Of a stretch of DNA of 33,158 nt, positions 1-6,086 are shown one piece after another. The DNA comes from a virus. The notes under the pieces are model-generated. The model did no database searches and was not told the DNA's origin. It saw only the letters and a program-made list of their open reading frames with translations. The translations under genes were made by a program, and so were the position numbers. The stretch lies in IMG/VR virus record IMGVR_UViG_3300029675_000033. One strand, written 5' to 3'. How positions within the stretch are numbered: position 1 is the first letter of the stretch; the number at the start of each line of letters is the position of its first letter.

Positions 1-78
1 TTCATAACTGTATTTTGACATAAAAATACCGACCTCCAAAGTTAGATTTTTTAGGTCTAACTTTTGGGGGTCGGGTCA
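1..78. repeat. Left terminal inverted repeat (78 bp, exact reverse complement of 33081-33158)
   Basis: Direct comparison: the reverse complement of 33081-33158 equals 1-78 at every base. Identity ends at position 79 (g here, c in the reverse complement of 33080). Confidence 0.95.
29..74 (-). terminator. Intrinsic terminator hairpin downstream of the tRNA fragment (minus sense)
   Basis: The arms ccgacctccaaagttaga and tctaacttttgggggtcgg form an ~18-bp stem with one G-U pair and one bulge. In minus sense the stem is followed by tattttta (reverse complement of 21-28). Confidence 0.6.
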
Positions 79-101
79 GCTTGGCTATGCGGTTTTTGCT
101 T

Positions 102-146
102 TGGAGCTGGTGAACGGACTTGAACCGTCGACCTACTGATTACGAA
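102..146 (-). other. 3' portion of a tRNA-Thr(CGU)-like gene (anticodon loop to CCA end); probable att core
   Basis: The minus strand reads ttcgtaa-tcagt-aggtc-gacgg-ttcaagt-ccgtt-caccagc-t-cca. These are the anticodon loop (CGT), the 3' anticodon stem, a 5-nt variable loop, the T stem-loop, the acceptor 3' strand, the discriminator and CCA. The expected 5' anticodon-stem partner (actga) is absent (aatgt is found), so tRNA identity ends near 146. The fragment lies next to the integrase gene. Confidence 0.7.
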
Positions 147-200
147 ACATTACAAGAATTTGAAAAAGTGCAGTAAACAAGCGTATTTTTATTATACATT

Positions 201-222
201 GACTAACATCAGACTAACATCA
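201..222. repeat. Tandem 11-bp direct repeat gactaacatca x2 overlapping the int stop codon
   Basis: Exact tandem copies at 201-211 and 212-222. An arm-type recombinase binding function is only a guess. Confidence 0.9.
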
Positions 223-1399
223 TTTTTTGCGGTTCTGCAATCGCAGAGATGTAATCGTTTAGGTCTATAATTTTATTGATTTTCTTAATCTGATTTGTTT
301 GCACTAAATGTGTATAAATATTCAAAGTCGTTTCGGGCTTTGCGTGTCCGAGTTGGTTTTGGACATAAAGTAAATCTTGACCGCAAAAGAACAAGTTTGT
401 AGCAAAAGTATGTCTTAGATAATGTGCGGTAAATCTTTCAATAACAAACGGAACGCCTTTTGGGTCGAACTTACTTTTCGGCTTTCGCTCATATTCGGAA
501 AAATCTCCGTATTTAAGATTGAGGTCTGCCATATAGCTGTCCCACAGTTCGCGCCACGCTGTTGTTGAGAAGAACTCCCCTTTTGTTGTAAGTACAACAA
601 AGTCGGATTGTTTATGGTTCTTTTGATTTTTCAGAAAATCCACAAGGGTGCGGGGAATATTGACTGTTCGTATGCCAGCCTTTGACTTTGCGCCTTGCAC
701 AATGTGCGGAGTTCCTGTCATTACAAGTTTTTGATGAACACTAATTTGAGCATTTTCAAGGTCAATGTCATACCATTGCAACGCAAGGCATTCACTTAAT
801 CTTAAACCAGACAGCATCATGATCATAGCAGGAAGTTGTGCTCTGTGTGGCATTTCCATAACCCACCGCTGTTCTTGCTCGGTCAATGCCCTGCGCTCGC
901 TTACAGGTGCATTTTTCGGTATTCTGACATATGTTAATGGATTGTAGTCAAGTATGCGGTTTTCAACAGCAAAGTCAAACACCTGCCTTGCGGTCATTCT
1001 GTAATCACGCAGAGTTTTCTTTGAAGTCGGTTTGCCTGTATGTGGATTTTGTGCGAAATAGTCATTTATGATACATTGAAAATCTGCTTTTACAAGTTTG
1101 CTGATTGCAACATCGCCTAATACAGAAAACGGTTTAAGGTTTGTTTTATAACTCTTATACTGCTTGTCAGAAGAAAGCAGAGCCTTTTTGTATATCAGCC
1201 AATTTTCGCAGAGTTCACTGAACGGCATATTCTCGCTAAGAATATCCATACCTTTGCTGATTTTTAGCTTGATTTCATTTGCTTTGCGTGTAACCTCAGT
1301 TTGCGTTTTGCCAAATACAGACTTATACATAGCTTTGCCGTTTTCATCTCGTCCGATATAGATATTTTTTTGATACCTGCCGTCTTTGCGTTTTTTCAT
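209..1399 (-). CDS. int: Tyrosine site-specific integrase (phage integrase family)
   Basis: 396 aa. The C-terminal catalytic region contains LSGLRLSE, HYLRHTFAT and LGHAKPETTLNIYTH (R..H-x-x-R..Y signature). An SAM-like N-terminal domain is present, an AGGAG RBS lies upstream, and the gene is adjacent to the tRNA fragment. Confidence 0.95.
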   Translation of the reverse strand: MKKRKDGRYQKNIYIGRDENGKAMYKSVFGKTQTEVTRKANEIKLKISKGMDILSENMPFSELCENWLIYKKALLSSDKQYKSYKTNLKPFSVLGDVAISKLVKADFQCIINDYFAQNPHTGKPTSKKTLRDYRMTARQVFDFAVENRILDYNPLTYVRIPKNAPVSERRALTEQEQRWVMEMPHRAQLPAMIMMLSGLRLSECLALQWYDIDLENAQISVHQKLVMTGTPHIVQGAKSKAGIRTVNIPRTLVDFLKNQKNHKQSDFVVLTTKGEFFSTTAWRELWDSYMADLNLKYGDFSEYERKPKSKFDPKGVPFVIERFTAHYLRHTFATNLFFCGQDLLYVQNQLGHAKPETTLNIYTHLVQTNQIKKINKIIDLNDYISAIAEPQKMMLV

Positions 1400-1440
1400 T
1401 TTATAAACACTCCTTTTTAATGTAAAAAGGGTGCAAAAAT

Positions 1441-1473
1441 CCCCTGAAATTCAATGCTTGAAAAATTCAGGGG
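1441..1473 (-). terminator. Candidate minus-strand intrinsic terminator between hicB and int
   Basis: cccctgaa (1441-1448) pairs with ttcagggg (1466-1473). In minus sense the stem is followed by atttttg. Confidence 0.45.
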
Positions 1474-1486
1474 ATTGTGGTACAAT
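1458..1486 (+). promoter_or_regulatory. Sigma-70-type promoter on the plus strand with no ORF downstream
   Basis: TTGAAA (1458-1463), a 17-nt spacer, then TACAAT (1481-1486), with TGg immediately upstream of the -10 (extended -10). Confidence 0.45.
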
Positions 1487-1492
1487 ATTATT

Positions 1493-1570
1493 GCGTTAAT
1501 ATCGTATCATCTGCACCCTGTGTAGGTGATCCCGCTCTGTTCGAGGACCAGTCGAGCAGGGCGGTTTTTT
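1493..1570 (+). ncRNA. Candidate ~78-nt small RNA (promoter plus strong terminator, no ORF)
   Basis: Bounded by the promoter at 1458-1486 and a 13-bp stem (1532-1544 with 1552-1564, two G-U pairs) followed by TTTTTT (1565-1570). The terminator works only in plus sense, while all neighbouring genes are on the minus strand. Confidence 0.35.
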
Positions 1571-1573
1571 ATA

Positions 1574-1975
1574 TTATTGTTTAACTCCAAGATAATCAAT
1601 TAAAGCGTTTTGAAATACTTTAGAGCAGTTTACGCCGTCCTTATCTGCCATATCTGCAAGCCAAGCCGGGAGAGAAAGAGTTTTCTTTACAAAGCGGTTG
1701 TTGAGCTTGTCACGAAAGGCAGGCATAAACACTTCAATAACAGCTGGGACTTGATTTTTTTCAAGTGTGATGTTCTGAATTTGTGTAGGTTCGGGAATTT
1801 CTTCGCCGTCCTGCTCAAGTCCCCAAAGGTGAAGTCCAAGTGCCTCGTGAGCGTTTTTTAATGCCTCTTCCATAGTATCGGCACAAGGCAGACAACCCGG
1901 TAAGTCAGGAAATTCAATAGAAATGCCGTCTTCTGCAACATCAAATACTGCAATGAACGAATATCTGTCTTTCAT
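1574..1975 (-). CDS. hicB: HicB-family antitoxin (HicB fold plus C-terminal RHH-like DNA-binding tail)
   Basis: The sequence MKDRYSFIAVFDVAEDGISIEFPDLPGCLPCADTMEEALKNAHEAL is a typical HicB N-domain. The C-terminus KKTLSLPAWLADMADKDG...FQNALIDYL is RHH-like. The start was moved to the ATG at 1975, which has a GGAGG RBS. The gene lies directly downstream of hicA. Confidence 0.85.
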   Translation of the reverse strand: MKDRYSFIAVFDVAEDGISIEFPDLPGCLPCADTMEEALKNAHEALGLHLWGLEQDGEEIPEPTQIQNITLEKNQVPAVIEVFMPAFRDKLNNRFVKKTLSLPAWLADMADKDGVNCSKVFQNALIDYLGVKQ

Positions 1976-2015
1976 AGTAAAAACCTCCGTAATAGTTTTA
2001 AGGGGATTGCAGGCA

Positions 2016-2213
2016 TTATTCAAATTTAATACCTGCTTGCTTTTCAATGCTCTTTAAGGTTTTAATCGGAAAATCTTTTCTCGGGTGAGTAACTGTTACT
2101 CTGCCTTTCTTGGTTGGGTGTTTAAACTGGTGGTGGTCGCCAACGCAACCGACCTCATACCAACCGTCAGCATTAAGAATTTTGATTACATCTCTTGAAG
2201 TATAGCTTTTCAA
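2016..2213 (-). CDS. hicA: HicA-family mRNA interferase toxin
   Basis: 65 aa. The sequence DVIKILNADGWYEVGCVGDHHQFKHPTKKGRVTVTHPRKDFPIKTLKSIEKQAGI matches the HicA/YcfA consensus. The start codon is TTG, with a GGGGAG RBS 6 nt upstream. Confidence 0.85.
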   Translation of the reverse strand: MKSYTSRDVIKILNADGWYEVGCVGDHHQFKHPTKKGRVTVTHPRKDFPIKTLKSIEKQAGIKFE

Positions 2214-2236
2214 CTTTATCTCCCCTTTATGTATAT

Positions 2237-2265
2237 ATTATAATACATAATTTATTATGTGTCAA
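2237..2265 (-). promoter_or_regulatory. Perfect-consensus sigma-70 promoter for hicAB with an overlapping palindrome (likely HicB operator)
   Basis: The minus strand reads TTGACA, 17 nt, TATAAT (2265-2260 and 2242-2237). The inverted repeat ATGTAT-N8-ATACAT at 2229-2248 overlaps the -10. Confidence 0.7.
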
Positions 2266-2311
2266 TAGCTTTTGATAAATAATTTATTACATAATATTGT
2301 AAAATCCCACA

Positions 2312-2337
2312 ACTTTGCCAAGAATGCAGAGCAAAGT
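2312..2337. terminator. Hairpin downstream of the DUF4041/T5orf172 gene (weak, possibly bidirectional terminator)
   Basis: actttgc (2312-2318) pairs with gcaaagt (2331-2337). T-containing tracts follow in both senses. Confidence 0.3.
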
Positions 2338-2358
2338 ATTATTTTAGGGCGGATTTAT

Positions 2359-3858
2359 TTACTCATCTTCTTCATCTATTGTGTAATCATTTGTATAATT
2401 TTCATTAGATGATTGAGATTGTCTAAATTCTTCTGCGAGCATAGTTTTATTAAATTCAGCAGTCGGCTCAATTTTGTTTACAAGCTCTTCAAGTTCATCT
2501 ACTGTAGTATAGAAAAACTCCTTACGCATATTGACTTTATTAACTCTTTTATCGTTCAAAATGCTATGTAATTTACTTTCAAGTCCAACAGCATCTTCCG
2601 AAAAAATGAAACTATGTACATCAAATTTAAATGGTACAGAAGCATTTCCTAATTCGTTTACTCTGTCTTGCGGGTCAATTCTTCTTGTCATACCAACTTT
2701 AAATACATTTTCACCGAACGATCCAAGATTACTTATAATATATACATTACCTGCCTTACCATTTTGAAGTTGAACGATATTATCTTTTTTAATAGTGACA
2801 TCAGCAAGTTTTGCTTGCAATTCGAGAATTTTAGCATTTAAAGCTTTACTTTCTTCATCTGCCGAAGCTTTTAACTGCTCTTTTAATTTTTCAATTTCAT
2901 TGTTATATTTAAGTTCTTCGTTTTCAATCTTCTTCTTTTCCTGCTCAAGTGCCTTGCGTTCTTCAGCTTCTTGACGAATTTGCTCTTTAATAGCAAGTTG
3001 CTCTTGCTTCGCCTGCTCTTTTTTTACATAATAGTTATACTCTATTTTTACAGCATTTATAAATAAATATTCTATTTCGCCTATAAATTTTGTAAGAGTT
3101 CCAGCTATATTCTGATTACCTTGAGCTGCGATATTCAGATATTTTTGAGAAGTATTTTTTACTTGCTCAATAGCATTATCTAATTTTTCATATTTCAGAT
3201 TATATAAGATATTCTGCAATTCTGCTCTTAAAGCTATTACCATTAAATCATAAATAGCTTTATTCGCCTTTGTAGTGTACCTGCTACGATATTGTGATAA
3301 AACTTTTTCGATTTGTTTGTCATTATCTTTAAATGCTTTTCTTAAACTTTTAACATCCATATAATGTAGCTTAAGAATAACAGACGGTGACAACTCTTCA
3401 AGTTCATCAAACTCTGATTTATATAATTTCAATTCTGCTAAATCAGGAGAATATTCAAAAAAATTAGATATAGAATAATCAATACTCTTGTATAGCTCTT
3501 TCGTTCTGTCTAATTTGTTTTTAGCTGTTTTTAATTTCTTTTCTGTTTTTTCGATTTCAACATTTAAGCTCAGTATTCTCTCATCTGTTTTAATCTTTAA
3601 ATCATTAAGCTTTTCTTTTGTTGATTCAGTTTCATCGTTAAGCTTATTTTTTAATAAAGCACGCTGATTTTCAAGATTTAAAGCTTCCTCTTTGCTTTTC
3701 TCAATTTCTTGCTTTAATTGTTGAATAATTCTCTGTGATGTATCGTAATCATCAAAGCACAATTCGCTTAATTTTTGCTTTAACTCATCATTTTGTTTTT
3801 TTAGCGTTTCAATTTCACTCTTATATTGTGAAACTTTAAAAATATCAAAAAATCCCAT
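2359..3858 (-). CDS. Coiled-coil protein with a DUF4041-like central region and a C-terminal T5orf172/MUG113 (GIY-YIG-superfamily-like) domain
   Basis: K/E/L-rich heptad segments occupy aa ~15-125 and ~285-365 (numbering of the 504-aa ORF starting at GTG 3873). The C-terminal block GNVYIISNLGSFGENVFKVGMTRRIDPQDRVNELGNASVPFKFDVHSFIFSEDAVGLESKLHSILNDKRVN..KEFF (nt ~2479-2751) fits the T5orf172 pattern as I remember it. The start was set at ATG 3858, which has an AGGAG RBS 7 nt upstream. The ORF-track start at 3873 is a GTG. Confidence 0.75.
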   Translation of the reverse strand: MGFFDIFKVSQYKSEIETLKKQNDELKQKLSELCFDDYDTSQRIIQQLKQEIEKSKEEALNLENQRALLKNKLNDETESTKEKLNDLKIKTDERILSLNVEIEKTEKKLKTAKNKLDRTKELYKSIDYSISNFFEYSPDLAELKLYKSEFDELEELSPSVILKLHYMDVKSLRKAFKDNDKQIEKVLSQYRSRYTTKANKAIYDLMVIALRAELQNILYNLKYEKLDNAIEQVKNTSQKYLNIAAQGNQNIAGTLTKFIGEIEYLFINAVKIEYNYYVKKEQAKQEQLAIKEQIRQEAEERKALEQEKKKIENEELKYNNEIEKLKEQLKASADEESKALNAKILELQAKLADVTIKKDNIVQLQNGKAGNVYIISNLGSFGENVFKVGMTRRIDPQDRVNELGNASVPFKFDVHSFIFSEDAVGLESKLHSILNDKRVNKVNMRKEFFYTTVDELEELVNKIEPTAEFNKTMLAEEFRQSQSSNENYTNDYTIDEEDE

Positions 3859-3885
3859 TGCTAAGCTCCTCACATAATATAATAT

Positions 3886-3914
3886 TTGACAAAATATATA
3901 ATATATTGTAAAAT
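3886..3914 (+). promoter_or_regulatory. Near-consensus plus-strand promoter with no ORF downstream
   Basis: TTGACA (3886-3891), a 17-nt spacer, then TAAAAT (3909-3914). Confidence 0.45.
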
Positions 3915-3920
3915 AGATTT

Positions 3921-3994
3921 AGAGGAGTGCGTTTTCTTCTCACATCTTTTTTAGTCAGTCGTAGGTGGTGCTACGACTGACTTTTATTTTTATT
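3921..3994 (+). ncRNA. Candidate ~70-nt small RNA, antisense to the immA/DUF4041 intergenic region and the immA 3' end
   Basis: The promoter at 3886-3914 is followed by a perfect 12-bp stem (agtcagtcgtag 3953-3964 with ctacgactgact 3971-3982, loop gtggtg) and then tttatttttatt (3983-3994). There is no start codon with an ORF. The hairpin has a U-tract only in plus sense. Confidence 0.35.
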
Positions 3995-4543
3995 AATAAA
4001 TTGATTAAATTGTTTTATAACTTTTTGCTCGAGTGGGTGCTTATAAAAAGCATTTCTTTTTTCAAGCTCGTGCATACGCTCTGATCTATATGTCGCAGCT
4101 TCAAGACTTATATTACATAACCGAGATATTTCCGCAGCGGTTAAAATCTGCAATTCGTGCAGTACGCACGCAGGAGCGAGCAAGTCACGAGCAAAGATAT
4201 TAGCTGAACTCTCCGTATCATTTTGCACAGCAAATGTTCTGTAAGTTGTCTGATTTACTATCATATGGCCGAGGAAAATATGCCCAAGTTCGTGTGCTAT
4301 TGTAAATCGACATCTCTTTGAATTATCGGTATCCTTATACACAATAATAAATTTGTCATTATCCACAATGGTTATACCGCTTATGCCGTTGCAAAGTATC
4401 TTTGCAACGCTGTTTTTCACCAAACGTATATTATCAGATTTATTAATTATATCTGTAACCTTAACAGGCAATATATTAATATTGTAGTCTAATATGCATT
4501 GCCACGAAGCATTACGAGCGTTTTTATATTTACCATAATCCAT
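3971..4543 (-). CDS. ImmA/IrrE-family zinc metallopeptidase (anti-repressor protease)
   Basis: 190 aa with an HEXXH motif in TIAHELGHIFLGH. The gene lies immediately downstream of the XRE repressor, as in ImmR/ImmA pairs. A GAGGTGAGG RBS is present. Confidence 0.85.
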   Translation of the reverse strand: MDYGKYKNARNASWQCILDYNINILPVKVTDIINKSDNIRLVKNSVAKILCNGISGITIVDNDKFIIVYKDTDNSKRCRFTIAHELGHIFLGHMIVNQTTYRTFAVQNDTESSANIFARDLLAPACVLHELQILTAAEISRLCNISLEAATYRSERMHELEKRNAFYKHPLEQKVIKQFNQFINKNKSQS

Positions 4544-4587
4544 TTACCTCACCTCATAGGTATTGTAACCTATGGGGTGGTTTTTAT

Positions 4588-5097
4588 TTATAAATCAGAA
4601 TCATCTTTAACTGTCTTAGCACTTCTTAACAGTTCAAGCTTATCTTTATGTAATTTGCTTTGCTCAATAGGTCTATTGTCGCTGCTTCTCGCAGCGGTTA
4701 AAACTGTAACATACTCTTCACTTGAATCATCGTTAATATTTAGTAACTTATCAATAGCCGGTTGCATTTCAGGCTTATTTCTATATGCAACAACAAGTTT
4801 CTTTTCGTGTGCATTAAGAGTTAATTCTTTACTATCACAATTATAATTTGATCTATCCATAGGAACATCAAATCCCATTAACCAGGCTTCATTAACATTT
4901 AGTGCAAGACCCAATATGTATAATTTATTTTGTCCCGGTTCAACTTTACCACTAACATATTGACTTAAATCATTTTTATTAAGTTTAATTCCGTATTTTT
5001 CGCTATATGGAGCAGCTAAATTAAGAATATCAACTTGTTTAAGATTTAAATCTGACATTATTTGTTTCAATCTATATGAAGTTGTATACTTTTTCAC
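4588..5097 (-). CDS. XRE-family (ImmR/CI-like) phage repressor
   Basis: The N-terminal HTH reads LKQIMSDLNLKQVDILNL...LSQYVSGKVEPGQNKLYILGLALNVNEAWLMG. The start codon is GTG with an AAGGTGA RBS. The gene is divergent from the cro-like gene. Confidence 0.85.
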   Translation of the reverse strand: MKKYTTSYRLKQIMSDLNLKQVDILNLAAPYSEKYGIKLNKNDLSQYVSGKVEPGQNKLYILGLALNVNEAWLMGFDVPMDRSNYNCDSKELTLNAHEKKLVVAYRNKPEMQPAIDKLLNINDDSSEEYVTVLTAARSSDNRPIEQSKLHKDKLELLRSAKTVKDDSDL

Positions 5098-5120
5098 TTA
5101 TATCACCTTGCTTTAAGTGT

Positions 5121-5242
5121 ATTGTAACACATCTTGAACAAAAGTTCAATAGCATATTGAAAAAAAGTTCAATTTTTTTGAAGAAAAGTATTGACATAGT
5201 AATCAAGCTGTGTTATTCTAAAATTGTTCAAAGAGATTGAAC
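5121..5242. promoter_or_regulatory. Genetic switch: divergent promoters plus repeated TTGAAC/GTTCAA operators
   Basis: Plus-strand promoter: TTGACA 5191-5196, 17-nt spacer, TATTCT 5214-5219, with TGt upstream. Minus-strand promoter: -10 TACAAT (reverse complement of 5121-5126) with TGt upstream, and -35 TTGAAC (reverse complement of 5144-5149). Operators: TTGAACaaaaGTTCAA at 5134-5149, TTGAAAaaaaGTTCAA at 5157-5172, and GTTCAAagagaTTGAAC at 5226-5242. A further GTTCAAagtgTTGAAC lies at 5471-5486. Confidence 0.7.
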
Positions 5243-5260
5243 TACAAAGGAGTTGATTAA

Positions 5261-5503
5261 ATGCCATTCGATTATAGAAAACTTGAAGGACTGGTTAAAG
5301 AAAAATGTAGGACTAGAGCCATTTTTGCATATAAAATGGGCTTATCAGAGCGAAGCATATCTTTAAAAATGAACGGAAAAACACAATGGAAACAAACCGA
5401 AATCTGCACAGCTTGTGAGATTTTAGGAATTAGTAATGAAGATATACCGAAATATTTTTTTGATCCAAAAGTTCAAAGTGTTGAACATATTAAGACAGCA
5501 TAA
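5261..5503 (+). CDS. Cro-like/DUF739-like HTH regulator
   Basis: 80 aa, the first gene of the rightward operon. The HTH-like segment is RAIFAYKMGLSERSISLKMNGKTQW. A GGAG RBS is present. Confidence 0.7.
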   Translation: MPFDYRKLEGLVKEKCRTRAIFAYKMGLSERSISLKMNGKTQWKQTEICTACEILGISNEDIPKYFFDPKVQSVEHIKTA

Positions 5504-5515
5504 GAGGTGATAACA

Positions 5516-5704
5516 ATGTTTTTAAGTGTATACGCAGTAATTGCTACCGTTGTAGCGGTAGTAGCAATTATAAAAGCTGTGAAGTGGAAAATCGCAACAA
5601 GAGCAATTACACTATTTTGCAAAGAAAAGTTCAGGTCCCCCACTAAAGAAGAAATTGCCGACTGCACAAAGCGAGCAGCCGACAATACGATAAAGTTTAA
5701 ATAA
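5516..5704 (+). CDS. Small membrane protein (single N-terminal TM helix)
   Basis: The N-terminus MFLSVYAVIATVVAVVAIIKAV is hydrophobic and is followed by a charged tail. An AAGAGGTGA RBS lies 5 nt upstream of ATG 5516. Confidence 0.55.
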   Translation: MFLSVYAVIATVVAVVAIIKAVKWKIATRAITLFCKEKFRSPTKEEIADCTKRAADNTIKFK

Positions 5705-6086
5705 TTCCAAATTGAGCTTTTATAAGTTCCGTTACAACATTTGAAGCAATTTGGGTAACTGCGGAAAGAGAGTTGCTACCAACAACTCCAGCAATCTTTT
5801 TAACCTTGCCCCATATATTATCATTACGAATATTAGCAAGAAATTGATGCCCATCAGGCGATAAATCTGCAATCGTTACATATTTTCCCCCATCAAATGA
5901 ATGCACATCAATAATAAGATTTGCTATCTTACATTGTCTAATGTGGTAGAGTAGCTCCTCGGCAGAATATTTTTGGAGATTGTCAGGAAGAGTATCATCA
6001 AATTTTAACTCCAATATTCTGTGATAATCAACATCTTTTTCGATTGCGAGTAAAATATCACGAACACAATCCGAATTTAACCGCAT
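5697..6086 (-). CDS. DUF2513-like (winged-helix-like) protein; opposite-strand moron
   Basis: The N-terminus MRLNSDCVRDILLAIEKDVDY resembles the DUF2513 family N-terminus (..DLIRKILL.IE..). The gene has its own promoter at 6110-6137 (minus). The start is ATG 6086, with a GGGGG RBS 8 nt upstream; an in-frame GTG at 6095 is also possible. Confidence 0.6.
   Translation of the reverse strand: MRLNSDCVRDILLAIEKDVDYHRILELKFDDTLPDNLQKYSAEELLYHIRQCKIANLIIDVHSFDGGKYVTIADLSPDGHQFLANIRNDNIWGKVKKIAGVVGSNSLSAVTQIASNVVTELIKAQFGII

Noticed and set aside
2294-2305. The 12-mer atattgtaaaat occurs on both sides of the DUF4041/T5orf172 gene (2294-2305 and 3903-3914). It initially looked like flanking repeats of a cassette.
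   Set aside because: A single shared 12-mer is expected many times by chance among all position pairs in 33 kb of AT-rich DNA, and the flanking bases do not extend the match.
4554-4580. Hairpin cataggt-attgta-acctatg between the repressor and immA genes, followed by a plus-sense T tract. It was considered as a third antisense terminator.
   Set aside because: The stem is only 7 bp and no plus-strand promoter lies upstream. It overlaps the immA RBS region and is more simply explained as intergenic structure in the repressor-immA operon.
4499-4846. 115-aa plus-strand ORF spanning the immA/repressor junction, and a 70-aa minus-strand ORF at 5473-5685 antisense to the small membrane protein gene.
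   Set aside because: Both are antisense to well-supported genes, have hydrophobic low-complexity translations, and lack an RBS.
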